Source: Candidatus Limnocylindrales bacterium
GTDB lineage: Bacteria > Chloroflexota > Limnocylindria > Limnocylindrales > CSP1-4
NCBI GenBank assembly: GCA_050010635.1
Contig: JBEKKR010000014.1
Location: 2,876 to 66,875 of the forward strand
Length of the DNA: 64,000 nucleotides
Direction of reading: 5' to 3'
Shown here: in pieces, positions 28,788 to 37,966 of the stretch
Layout: the number at the start of each line of letters is the position of its first letter
Position numbering within the stretch: the stretch's first letter is position 1
Notes under the pieces: model-generated
Told to the model about the DNA's origin: nothing
Databases searched by the model: none
Seen by the model: the letters and a program-made list of their open reading frames with translations, nothing else
Translations under genes and position numbers: made by a program

Positions 28788-29807
28788 ATGTTGGGACTTG
28801 CCGAACCGATCGACGGCATCACCGTTGACTGGCTGCTGGAGCCGGCGGACCCCGCGGTCCGGCACCTGGCCCTCCGCCAGATCGTCGGCAGACCGGCCAC
28901 GGACGCGGAGGTCGTCGAGGCCCGGAAGGCCGCGATGGCGTCCCGGCCGATCGCCCCGGTTCTCGCCGCGCAGGATCCGGAGGGCTGGTGGGTCAAGCCC
29001 GGCGGCGGCTACTCGCCCAAGTACAGCGGCACGGTATGGAGCCTGATCTTCCTGGATCAGATGGGCGCGGACGGCGCCGATCCCCGGATCAGGACGGGCT
29101 GCGAGTACCTGCTCGTGCACACTCAGGCCGGCAACGGCGGTCTGGCGATCGGGATGTCCGGCGACGGACCCGAGCCGTCGCGCGTCGTCCACTGCCTCAA
29201 CGGCAATCTCCTGCGGGCTCTCATCGACTTCGGCCGGCTCGACGACGAGCGCGTCCAGCGCGCCCTGGCCTGGCAGGCGGCCGCCATCACCGGCGACGGG
29301 ATGGGGCGCTGGTACGCGACGACCCCCGGCCCCGGGTTCCTCTGCGGCCCGAATGCGGGCCGGCCCTGCGCCTGGGGAGCGGCGAAGGCCGTCCTGGCTC
29401 TCGCCCGAGTCCCCGCCGAGCGGCGCAGCCCGGCGGTCGCGCGGGCCCTCGAAGCGGGAGCGGCATTCCTCCTGAGCCGGGATCCGGCCGTGGCGGACTA
29501 CCCCATGCCGCCCGGCAACACGAAGCCGAACGGCTCGTGGTTCAAGCTCGGCTTCCCGTCCGGCTACGTGGCCGACGTGCTGCAGGTCCTGGAGGCGCTG
29601 TCCGATGCCGGCGCCGCCGGGAACGCTCGCCTTGGCCCGGCCTTCGACTGGCTCCTGGAACAACGCGGCACGGACGGCCGGTGGGCCAACAACTACACGT
29701 ACCAGGGCAAGATGGTCCGCGACATCGACCGCACCGGCCGGCCGAGCAAGTGGGTCACGCTGCGGGCTCTTCGGGTTCTCAAGGCTCGCGCGGAAGCCCT
29801 GAGATAA
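28788..29807 (+). CDS. Prenyltransferase/squalene-oxidase-repeat (QW-motif) alpha/alpha-toroid protein, function unknown
   Basis: QW-type motifs QDPEGWW and QRGTDGRW, plus repeated GG-containing helical hairpins (GNGGLAIG, GDGMGRW) typical of terpenoid-cyclase/prenyltransferase-beta-like barrels. 339 aa is a single-barrel size. Confidence 0.5.
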   Translation: MLGLAEPIDGITVDWLLEPADPAVRHLALRQIVGRPATDAEVVEARKAAMASRPIAPVLAAQDPEGWWVKPGGGYSPKYSGTVWSLIFLDQMGADGADPRIRTGCEYLLVHTQAGNGGLAIGMSGDGPEPSRVVHCLNGNLLRALIDFGRLDDERVQRALAWQAAAITGDGMGRWYATTPGPGFLCGPNAGRPCAWGAAKAVLALARVPAERRSPAVARALEAGAAFLLSRDPAVADYPMPPGNTKPNGSWFKLGFPSGYVADVLQVLEALSDAGAAGNARLGPAFDWLLEQRGTDGRWANNYTYQGKMVRDIDRTGRPSKWVTLRALRVLKARAEALR

Positions 29808-29934
29808 TCGGCCTCCCTTCGGAGATCCACCCCGATCGCCGACAACTCAGCCGCGTGCAACTCAATTGCGTCCAATTCGCCGGCGCCCGCAAGGCCGGCT
29901 TCAACCGACGACCAGACGCACAGGAGCTGATCGC

Positions 29935-31263
29935 TTGACGACTCTCGACTTTCCGCGTGATTTCCTCTGGGGCGCCGCCACCAGCGCCCACCAGGTCGAG
30001 GGCGACAACGTCAACAGCGACTGGTGGGATTGGGAGCTCGCGCCGGGCACCCATTGCAAGGCGCCCAGCGGCAAGGCCTGCGAGCACTACACGCGCTACC
30101 CGCGGGACATCGAGCTCCTGGCGGCTCTCGGCCTCAACACGTACCGCTTCTCGGTTGAGTGGGCCCGGATCGAGCCGTCCGAGGGCGTCTTCGACCCGGA
30201 GGCGCTCGATCACTACCGGCGGGTCGTCGAATGCGTGCTCGAGAACGGCCTCGTCCCGATGGTGACGCTCAACCACTTCACGCTTCCGCGCTGGGTCGCG
30301 GCCGAAGGCGGCTGGACGTGGAATCGCACCCCAGCGCTGTTCGAGCGCTACAGCCGTCGCGTGGTAGACGCGCTCGGCGACGGCGTGCCGTGGTACTGCA
30401 CGATCAACGAACCGACGGCGATGTCCACCGGCGGGTACATGAGCGACTGGGGATTCCCGCCCCGCGTCGTGGACCCGCGGAGATGGCGGACCTCGATCGC
30501 CGCGCTCATCGACGCGCACCGGCGGGCCGTCATTGCGATCCACGAGCTCCGGCCCGGGGCGAAAGCCGGGCTGGCGGCCTTCACCGTCGAAACGGTGGCC
30601 AATGCGGGCGGAAAGCCGGCGGCCGATTACGCGCTGCGCATGAACCAGGACATCTTCCTCGAGGCGACGGCCGACGACGACTTCATCGGCGTCCAGACAT
30701 ACACCCGCAACCACCTGTTCCTGCCAAGGATCGCGGCTCCGCTGACGCGGCTGGCGCTTGCCGTCCGCCCGATCGAGGATCGCATCGCTGCCCGGCTGCT
30801 CGACCTCAAGACCGCGGCGCCGGGCACTCAGGCCCTGCCCGGCCAGCGCGTGACCCAGATGGGCTGGGAGTACCGCCCCGAGGCGCTCGCCGCAGTCGTG
30901 CGGCGGATCGCGAAGCTGTGCCCGGGCAAGGATCTGGTCGTGACGGAGAACGGCGTTGCCACCCTCAAGGACACGGAGCGAGTCGAGTTCATCACGCGCG
31001 CTCTTGCAGCGCTCCACGAGGCCATGGCGGAAGGGGCGCCGGTTCGCGGCTACATCCACTGGAGCCTGATGGACAACTTCGAATGGGCCCACGGCTACGG
31101 CCCGAAGTTCGGCCTGATCGCCGTCGACTTCGAGACTCAGGAGCGGACGGTCCGGCCATCCGGCTTCTACCTCGGCGGTATCGCGAGGAGCGGGCAGCTG
31201 TACGTCGAGGATGCGGGTCCCGCCGAGGCGGCGACCGCGACGTCGAGGCCGGCGACGGCCTGA
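29935..31263 (+). CDS. GH1 family beta-glucosidase
   Basis: FLWGAATSAHQVEG, TLNHF, catalytic acid/base INEP and nucleophile VTENG. TTG start preceded by an AGGAG RBS. Confidence 0.85.
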   Translation: MTTLDFPRDFLWGAATSAHQVEGDNVNSDWWDWELAPGTHCKAPSGKACEHYTRYPRDIELLAALGLNTYRFSVEWARIEPSEGVFDPEALDHYRRVVECVLENGLVPMVTLNHFTLPRWVAAEGGWTWNRTPALFERYSRRVVDALGDGVPWYCTINEPTAMSTGGYMSDWGFPPRVVDPRRWRTSIAALIDAHRRAVIAIHELRPGAKAGLAAFTVETVANAGGKPAADYALRMNQDIFLEATADDDFIGVQTYTRNHLFLPRIAAPLTRLALAVRPIEDRIAARLLDLKTAAPGTQALPGQRVTQMGWEYRPEALAAVVRRIAKLCPGKDLVVTENGVATLKDTERVEFITRALAALHEAMAEGAPVRGYIHWSLMDNFEWAHGYGPKFGLIAVDFETQERTVRPSGFYLGGIARSGQLYVEDAGPAEAATATSRPATA

Positions 31264-31273
31264 CGTCCCGAGA

Positions 31274-32728
31274 TCAACCGGCGCCGGGTCCGCCCGCTAC
31301 TGCCGCCGGCTGGGCCGGCGCCTGGTCGGGGTGGTGGGGCGCCGATCCGCGGATCAGGCTGGCGACCACGCCCACGCAGCAGATCAGGGCCGCGACCGCG
31401 AAGGCGTCGTGGATGGCGCCGGCGAGGGCCAGGTTCTGAGCCAACACGCTCGGATGCCCGCCGGGCGGTATGACCAGGTGCGCAGGCAGCCGAGTTGCGA
31501 CGATGGCCGCGCTCACGGCGATGCCCAGCGCCTGACCGTTGACGCGCATCTGGGCCAGCGTCCCGGAGGCCGTGCCGACGCGCGGCCGCGGGACCGAGCC
31601 GAGCACGGCGCTGCTGTTCGGGCTCATGAAGAGCCCCTGGCCGATCCCGAGCAGCACGAGCCGCCAGATGAGATCCGGCAGGCTGAAGTCCACGGGCAGC
31701 TGCGTCAGCGAAAGCAGGCCGAGGACCATGATCGCCATCCCCGCGCTCGCCGGAAGCCGCGGGCCGAGCCGGTCCGAGACCGTGCCGCTGAGCGGAGCCA
31801 CGATCGCCATGGTTATCGGCACGGGGGTCAGGAGAAGGCCGGCCTCGATCGGCGAGAAGCCGCGGCCCTGCTGGAGCAGGAACGGCAGCAGGAACGTCGC
31901 GGTGAACAGGCTCGCAAAGGCGACCACGACGGCGACCAGTCCGGCCGTGAACGGTCGAATTCGGAAGAGGGCGAGATCGATCATCGGCTGAAGCGCGTGG
32001 CGTTCGACGTACAGGAAGGCCGAACCGAGCACGAGGAATGCGAGCAGCAGGGCCACGATCGCGGGGCCGGTCCAGCCCCAGCTCTGGCCCTCGCTCAGTG
32101 CGAGAAGCAGCGAGAAGAGCGCGACGCCCGAGAGCATCGCCCCCACGACGTCGAACGATTGGCCCTTGCCGCGCTCCTCAGCCGGCAGGATTCGCGCGGC
32201 CCACACGATGGCCAGGATCCCGATCGGGGCGTTGATGAGGAAGATCGCTCGCCACGTGGCGGCCTGGGTGAGGATGCCGCCCAGGGCCGGCCCGAGGCTG
32301 AGCCCGATCGAGACGCTGACGCCGTTGAGACCGAGGGCTCGCCCTCGCTCGTTGGCCGGGAAGGTGCGGGCCACGATCGCCGGCCCCATGGCCATGATCA
32401 TCGCCGCTCCCATCGCCTGGACGACCCGAAACCCGATCAGCGTCAGCTCGTTGGGCGAGGCGCCGCAGCAGACGCTGGCGACGGTGAAGACGGCGAAGCC
32501 GACCAGGTAGACGCGTTTGAACGTGAGAACCTCGCCCAGCCGGCCGAACGGCAGGAGCAGGCTGCCGACCACGAGCAGGTAGGCGACCACGACCCACTCG
32601 ACCGTCGTGAGGTCGATCCGGAAATCCGTCTGGATCGCGGGAAGGGCGATGTTGACGATGCTGCCGTCCAGCGTCGCCATGAGCGACCCGAGCGAGACGC
32701 TCGTCAGGATCAGCCACTTGCGCTGCAT
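31274..32728 (-). CDS. MFS transporter, DHA2-like 14-TM drug:H+ antiporter family
   Basis: MQRKWLILTSVSLGSLMATLDGSIVNIALPAIQ...; 14 predicted TM. The six-frame ORF to 33295 is an upstream over-extension; start placed at MQRKW (cat 32726-32728). Confidence 0.85.
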   Translation of the reverse strand: MQRKWLILTSVSLGSLMATLDGSIVNIALPAIQTDFRIDLTTVEWVVVAYLLVVGSLLLPFGRLGEVLTFKRVYLVGFAVFTVASVCCGASPNELTLIGFRVVQAMGAAMIMAMGPAIVARTFPANERGRALGLNGVSVSIGLSLGPALGGILTQAATWRAIFLINAPIGILAIVWAARILPAEERGKGQSFDVVGAMLSGVALFSLLLALSEGQSWGWTGPAIVALLLAFLVLGSAFLYVERHALQPMIDLALFRIRPFTAGLVAVVVAFASLFTATFLLPFLLQQGRGFSPIEAGLLLTPVPITMAIVAPLSGTVSDRLGPRLPASAGMAIMVLGLLSLTQLPVDFSLPDLIWRLVLLGIGQGLFMSPNSSAVLGSVPRPRVGTASGTLAQMRVNGQALGIAVSAAIVATRLPAHLVIPPGGHPSVLAQNLALAGAIHDAFAVAALICCVGVVASLIRGSAPHHPDQAPAQPAAVAGGPGAG

Positions 32729-32790
32729 CGGGTGATTGTGCCTTCTCTGCTGGCCGGCGCCGGGCCGCGGCGGCGGGGTTGCAGACTTGG

Positions 32791-34764
32791 CTACTCGGCG
32801 GTGTCGACGACGTCGAGGATTTCCGCGCCGTACCGCTCCAGCTTGGCCGGGCCCATGCCTCGGACCCGGCGCAGCGCGGGCAGCGTCCGCGGCCGCACTT
32901 CGGCGATCTCGGCGAGGGTGGTGTCGTGGGCAACAACGTAGGCGGGAACGGCGTCCGCCGCGGCCCGCGCGCGGCGCCAGACCCGGAGCGCCTCGATGAG
33001 CGTGTCGTCGGCAGGCGCGGCCGTGGCGATCGGAGCGCCCGGCAGGACGTGGACGCGGCGCTCGCCCTTCGCGGCCGCGGGTCGGGCACCCGGCCGGGCC
33101 CCGGCCCGGGGCGGCTCGACGGCGGCGAGGAAACGCGACGGCTTGCGGCTCGATGACGACAGCGCGAGGAACCTCCGAGCGCGGGTGATCCCGACGTACA
33201 GGAGACGGCGCTCCTCCGCGACCTCCTCGTCTTCCTTTGCCTGGCGGATCGGCAGGATGCCCTCGTCCAGCGCCGGCAGGTAGACAGCGTCCCACTCGAG
33301 CCCCTTGGCCCGGTGGTAGGTCAGCAGGTTTACGCCCTCGGTCGATCCGCCTGCCTCGGCGGCTTGCCGCCGGTCGAGCTCGGTCAGCGCGGCATCGATG
33401 ACGAGATCGGAGTCGGCGGCGGCAAGGTCGCCGAATATGCCGACTAGCAGCTCCAGCGAGGCCGCGCGGTCTCGACCCTCCTGGCCCGTATCCGCGGCCA
33501 CGTCGTCAAGGCCGAGCTTCTCCACGAACAGCCGCTCCACGGCGTCGACGAGTGCGGCGCCGGTCGCATCCGGGCGGGCGCGGCGCAGGAGCTGCCGCGC
33601 GTCGCGGATCTCACGGCGATCGAAGAACCGCTGGCCGCGCACGGTGAACGGGACGCCGGCCCGCGTCAGCGCTTCCTCGATCGGCGGCAGCTGGGCGTTG
33701 ATCCGAACGAGCACCGCGATCTCGGTGAGCGGGACCCCGGCGTCCCCGACCGCCCGGATCCAGGCCAGGATCTCGCCAAGTTCGGCTTCGGGGGTCGCGA
33801 AGCGATGGATGGCGGGCGGCGGCGCCGCGGGCCGAGTGGCCACAAGCGCGCCGCGCGGCCCATCCCCCACGAGCCGGTTCGCCAGCTCGAGGATCTGCGG
33901 GCTCGAGCGGTAGTTCTCGGCCAGCGTCACCGTCCGCGCGCCCGGGTGTCGCTCGGAGAAGCGCAGCAGGAACTCGGGCGTGGCGCCCGTGAAGGTGTAG
34001 ATGGTCTGGTCAGGGTCGCCGACGACGGCGAGGTCGCGCGACTCGCCCATCCACAGCTCGAGGAGCCGCTCCGAGAGCGGGTTCGTGTCCTGGTATTCGT
34101 CGACGCTTAACCAGCTCTTGCGAGAGCGCACGAGGGCGCCCGCCTCCGCGTCGCCTTCGAGCAGCTCGACGGTCCGGACGAGCATGTCCTCGAAGTCGAG
34201 CAGACCCGCCGCGGCCTTGGCTCGCTCGTAGTCCCGGTACAGGCGGGCGAACAGGTCGGGCCTTGTCGGAGCCCGATTGCCTCCCTCGTGGACCCACCGC
34301 TCGGGCCGGATTCGGCGGACCTTAGCCCACTCGATGGCGTCCGCGACGTCCCTGGCCGGCGTGAACCGATACCCGCCCGGCAGCCGGCCGATGAGCGGCA
34401 CGAGCAGGCGCAGCTTCGTATCCAGGATGGCTGGCATCTCGGCGCCGTCGTGGCGGCTCGGCCAGAAGTGCCGCAACTGGGCCAGTGCGGCCGCGTGGAA
34501 GGTTCGCGCCATGACGCCCCGATGACCGAGCGCCGCCATCCGCTCGACCATCTCGCTGGCGGCCCTGTCCGTGAACGTCACGAGCAGGATCTGGTCGGAG
34601 GCGACCGCTCCGGTTTCGATCGCGTAGGCCGCCCGCCGGCTGATGACCCGTGTCTTGCCCGAACCGGCGCCGGCGACGATAGCCAGCGGCCCGGAGGTCG
34701 TCGTGACGGCCTCGCGCTGCGATGGATTGAGGTCTTCGAGCAGTCGTTCGGGATCGAAGGTCAA
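32791..34764 (-). CDS. UvrD/REP-family ATP-dependent DNA helicase with C-terminal HRDC-like domain (UvrD2-like)
   Basis: Walker A AGAGSGKTRV, helicase motifs (DEYQDTNP, VGDPDQTIY, TYHRAKGLEW), and a C-terminal region LRVWRRARAAADAVPAYVVAHDTTLAEIA resembling HRDC. Confidence 0.85.
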   Translation of the reverse strand: MTFDPERLLEDLNPSQREAVTTTSGPLAIVAGAGSGKTRVISRRAAYAIETGAVASDQILLVTFTDRAASEMVERMAALGHRGVMARTFHAAALAQLRHFWPSRHDGAEMPAILDTKLRLLVPLIGRLPGGYRFTPARDVADAIEWAKVRRIRPERWVHEGGNRAPTRPDLFARLYRDYERAKAAAGLLDFEDMLVRTVELLEGDAEAGALVRSRKSWLSVDEYQDTNPLSERLLELWMGESRDLAVVGDPDQTIYTFTGATPEFLLRFSERHPGARTVTLAENYRSSPQILELANRLVGDGPRGALVATRPAAPPPAIHRFATPEAELGEILAWIRAVGDAGVPLTEIAVLVRINAQLPPIEEALTRAGVPFTVRGQRFFDRREIRDARQLLRRARPDATGAALVDAVERLFVEKLGLDDVAADTGQEGRDRAASLELLVGIFGDLAAADSDLVIDAALTELDRRQAAEAGGSTEGVNLLTYHRAKGLEWDAVYLPALDEGILPIRQAKEDEEVAEERRLLYVGITRARRFLALSSSSRKPSRFLAAVEPPRAGARPGARPAAAKGERRVHVLPGAPIATAAPADDTLIEALRVWRRARAAADAVPAYVVAHDTTLAEIAEVRPRTLPALRRVRGMGPAKLERYGAEILDVVDTAE

Positions 34765-34817
34765 GCGATCAAGCCTCGGAGGGCAGCCTCCAGGGCGAGG
34801 CCTCGGATCGCAGAGTA

Positions 34818-35258
34818 TCAGCCCGCAGTATGCCCGGGCTTAGCGAGCCGCTCCAGCGCGATGACCGGCAGTGCGCGCTTCGTCATCGTCTCGTACACAC
34901 CGAACTGGGGAACCGCGGCGATGCGGTCATCGAGGAGACGGCGCCGTTCGGCTCCCTCGGTGATGGTTGCCCGGGCCTGGAACTTCTCGGTTCCGACCTC
35001 GACGGTCACGATGGGATTCTTCCGTACGTTCTCCAGCCAGGCTGGATGGGCGTCTCGGCCCTGGTTGGACCCGACCACGATGTAGCGCCCGCGATCGAGG
35101 TGATAGCCGACGAAGGCTGTCCTCGGCCGGCCGGTCTTTGCTCCGGTCGTGGTCATCAGCAGGAGCGACGCACCCTTCAGACGGCCCTCCGTGATCTGGC
35201 CGTCGTGCGCGCGGAAGTCCGCGAGGATCGTGTCGTTCCAGTTGTCGGTGGTAGGCAT
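34818..35258 (-). CDS. Deazaflavin (F420)-dependent nitroreductase family protein (Ddn / DUF385)
   Basis: GAKTGRPRT...YIVVGSNQGRDAHPAWLENVRKNPIVTVEVGTEKFQARA...ERRRL matches the Ddn-family split-barrel pattern. Confidence 0.85.
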   Translation of the reverse strand: MPTTDNWNDTILADFRAHDGQITEGRLKGASLLLMTTTGAKTGRPRTAFVGYHLDRGRYIVVGSNQGRDAHPAWLENVRKNPIVTVEVGTEKFQARATITEGAERRRLLDDRIAAVPQFGVYETMTKRALPVIALERLAKPGHTAG

Positions 35259-35694
35259 CTGGGCTGCCTCCTGCTTGTGACTCGGGGGCAGCCTAGGCCA
35301 TTTGTTGACGAGGCAATCTCCTGATGCCCCGCGGTATCGTCAGCCGGCACTTCTCTGCGGACCCGTCGAGGCGTTCGACCCCTCGGCAGCTGGTGACTCC
35401 GAGTCGGTGCGACCGCCGTCGGTCTGACGACCGGTCGCCGCCCTGGCGGCTCGCTCGGCCGCGCTTTCGCGAAGTAGGTGGACGTGGACCTTGCCCGACA
35501 CCGCACCGCGGTGTGTACCGACGATCGTCACCGAATGCCTCGCTTCGTGGGGCTCTGGGCCGCGGTCCGGCGGAACTTCGCGGCGTGTATTGCAGGCAAT
35601 CTACACGAGGCCACCTTTCGATTACCTGAATTGGGAACCCGATTCGGCCGCCGACGGCGAGATTGCGCGCACAGCGCGTCGCCCGGTTCGCGAT

Positions 35695-36320
35695 TCAGGC
35701 GTTGTCCGCGGCCAGCTTCAGCCCGAACGCGACGAGAACCATCCCCGTCGCGGCTTCGATGCCCTGCCGGATGCGCCCGCGATTCATTACGTCCGCGAGG
35801 CGGCTCGCGCCGTAGCCGTAGACCGTCAGCCAGACCAGGCCCATTCCGGCGTGAATGCAGGCCAGCGCCACCGACGTCGCGAAGACCGGCTGACCCGGCG
35901 CGATGAACTGCGGCAGGAACGTGGCGTAGAAGACGCCGACCTTCGGGTTGAGCAGATTCGTCAGCAGGCCCTGCCGGTAGGAGCCGGCCCGAGTCCGGGC
36001 GAGGTCGCCGGGCGCGGCTTCTGCGGGTCCACCGCGTATCGCGGCCCGCAACGCCAGCACACCCCGAGGAACACGAGGTACGCGGCGCCGGCCAGCTTGA
36101 GCCCCTGGTACAGCTGCGCCGACGCAGCCAGCAGCGCCGCCACGCCCAGCGACGAAGCCGCTCCCCAGACGATGCAGCCCGTGCATATCCCCGCCGCCGT
36201 GGGCACCACCGTCGGCCGGCCGCCGCGCAGCGCGTTCCGCAGCACCAGCGCCATGTCGGGCCCGGGCGCGATCGTCAGGAGTGCCGCCATGCCGATGAAC
36301 GCGATCAGCCGCGAATCCAT
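35695..36320 (-). pseudogene. LysE/RhtB-family amino-acid exporter, apparently frameshifted
   Basis: The N-terminal half (MDSRLIAFIGMAALLTIAPGPDMALVLRNALRGG...AYLVFLGV) is in one frame. The C-terminal half (LTNLLNPKVGVFYATFLPQFI...LVAFGLKLA) is in another, switching near 36060-36080. Confidence 0.55.
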
Positions 36321-36382
36321 TGCCCCTCCGGGAACGGTCTGGGGCAGTCTGCCACGGGGTCAGATCGTGGTCGTGAACGCCT

Positions 36383-37708
36383 CTACTTTGCGGCCCCGTA
36401 GGAGCCCGCGAGGATGACGCCACGGGGCAGCACCAGGAAGGTCCGGAGATCGGGAACCGGGCCGTTGCCGGCGATCGGGGTCCAAGTCTTGCCGTCGTAC
36501 GACGTCCAGATCCTGCCGTTGCTCTTGACCGCCACGAAGACGGTGCCGTTCGAGGCGATTACGCCGTCCGGTCCCTCGCTGCATTCGCCCTGGCCGCATA
36601 CTGCCGCGCCGAGAGGTCCGTAGTTCGTCGCCTTAGCCCAGGTCTTGCCGCCATCGGTGGAGACGTCGAGTCCGACGTAGCCCGGGATCAGTCGCGGGTT
36701 CTCGTGCACAAGGATGCCGTCTCTCCCGAAGACGAGCGCGTCGGCATAAGCCCAGGTCCCTGTGGACTTCCATTTCCGACCGTCGTCGGACCACCACAGG
36801 CCACCTTTGCCTATCTGGCTTGCCCCGACCGGGCCTGAGCGTCCCGTGACGCCGGTCACATCAAGCGCATCGAATCGGAAGTCCGCGCCCTTCGCCTGGC
36901 TGTCGGAAAGGCCGCCCATTACAAAGAAACGGTTGTTCCCCGACTGGACCTGCGGACCGACGTCGTCCCAGGCGATCCCCGGCTCAACTTCGATCGGGGT
37001 CCAGCTGATACCGTCGGTCGAGAAGGCAACGCTGAACGTCGATGTCGCGAACTTGCCAGCACCGTTGAGGGTGTGCCCGGTTGCCACCAGACCTGCCGAC
37101 GTTCCGGCGATGGAGTCCACGAATGCCAGGCCAGACAGAGCTCCGACGATGTGCCATTGCACACCGTCGGAGCTGGCCCAAACCATCTGCGTAGAGCCCG
37201 TCGCGGAAGGATCGCCCGCCACGGCCACCAGGCCCGCCGCGCATGCCGCCACGAGCACCCTCGGCGCGACGATCGCGGTGACCTGCGTCCACGTCTGGCC
37301 GTCTGCGGAAGTCCAGACGAAGGCGTTCGAATTGCCGTTCGTCGTCCCGTAGACCACGTAGCCGTGCTGCCAGGCGAGAAGCTGAGCGCCTGTTCGCCAG
37401 GGGTCGGCGGTCGCCAGAGGATTGTCGGCTGGAAGCCGGCTCCACGAGAAGCCCGTCCAATTCGACGCAACGCCGACAGTCGTGGATGAGGCAGCGTAGG
37501 GCGGCAGAGTTGGAGTTGCGGTCCCAAGCGAAGGCGAAACCGCCGTGAAGGAGACCGCAACAGGCGATGGCAACGCTTCGGACGTCGGCGACGGGGAAGC
37601 GCCGGCCACGCTGCATCCGGTGACAAGACCCACCGCCGCAAGGCTGATCGCCAGGCCGCTTATGAGTCCGAGTCGCGATCGGGTGTAGTGAGCCGCGATG
37701 GGATCCAT
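36383..37708 (-). CDS. BNR/Asp-box repeat (beta-propeller) lipoprotein
   Basis: Lipobox VTGC, then several S-x-D-G-x-x-W type Asp-box repeats (TSADGQTWT, SSDGVQWH, STDGISWT, STDGGKTW, SYDGKTWT). Confidence 0.65.
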   Translation of the reverse strand: MDPIAAHYTRSRLGLISGLAISLAAVGLVTGCSVAGASPSPTSEALPSPVAVSFTAVSPSLGTATPTLPPYAASSTTVGVASNWTGFSWSRLPADNPLATADPWRTGAQLLAWQHGYVVYGTTNGNSNAFVWTSADGQTWTQVTAIVAPRVLVAACAAGLVAVAGDPSATGSTQMVWASSDGVQWHIVGALSGLAFVDSIAGTSAGLVATGHTLNGAGKFATSTFSVAFSTDGISWTPIEVEPGIAWDDVGPQVQSGNNRFFVMGGLSDSQAKGADFRFDALDVTGVTGRSGPVGASQIGKGGLWWSDDGRKWKSTGTWAYADALVFGRDGILVHENPRLIPGYVGLDVSTDGGKTWAKATNYGPLGAAVCGQGECSEGPDGVIASNGTVFVAVKSNGRIWTSYDGKTWTPIAGNGPVPDLRTFLVLPRGVILAGSYGAAK

Positions 37709-37966
37709 GCCCTGCCCTCGTTCAGTGGCGGTTCGTCCTGGGCTGCACGCCGAAGTGGCGATCGCTCAGACGTTCAGCGTGGGGGCCGAGTGATCCAGCA
37801 GACGTTCGGCCGACAGGACCCCACGGCACCTCGGCGCAGCCAGAGAGGACCGCCGCGTGCCTGGCGCGGCCGGCCGCGCCAGGGTTCTTCAGGCGACCCT
37901 GCCCGAACACCGCGGGTTGTCAACGACGTACCGGTTAGCGGAGCGCTCCGGCGCGGCTGATCGCGC

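Noticed and set aside
31211-32941. 576-aa plus-strand ORF antisense to the MFS transporter
   Set aside because: Highly charged Arg/Asp/Glu-rich nonsense. The minus frame encodes a textbook 14-TM MFS protein.
32729-33295. N-terminal 188-codon extension of the MFS transporter ORF
   Set aside because: Gly/Arg/Pro-rich non-membrane sequence overlapping the 3' end of the helicase gene on the same strand in a different frame. The family-typical start is MQRKWLIL.
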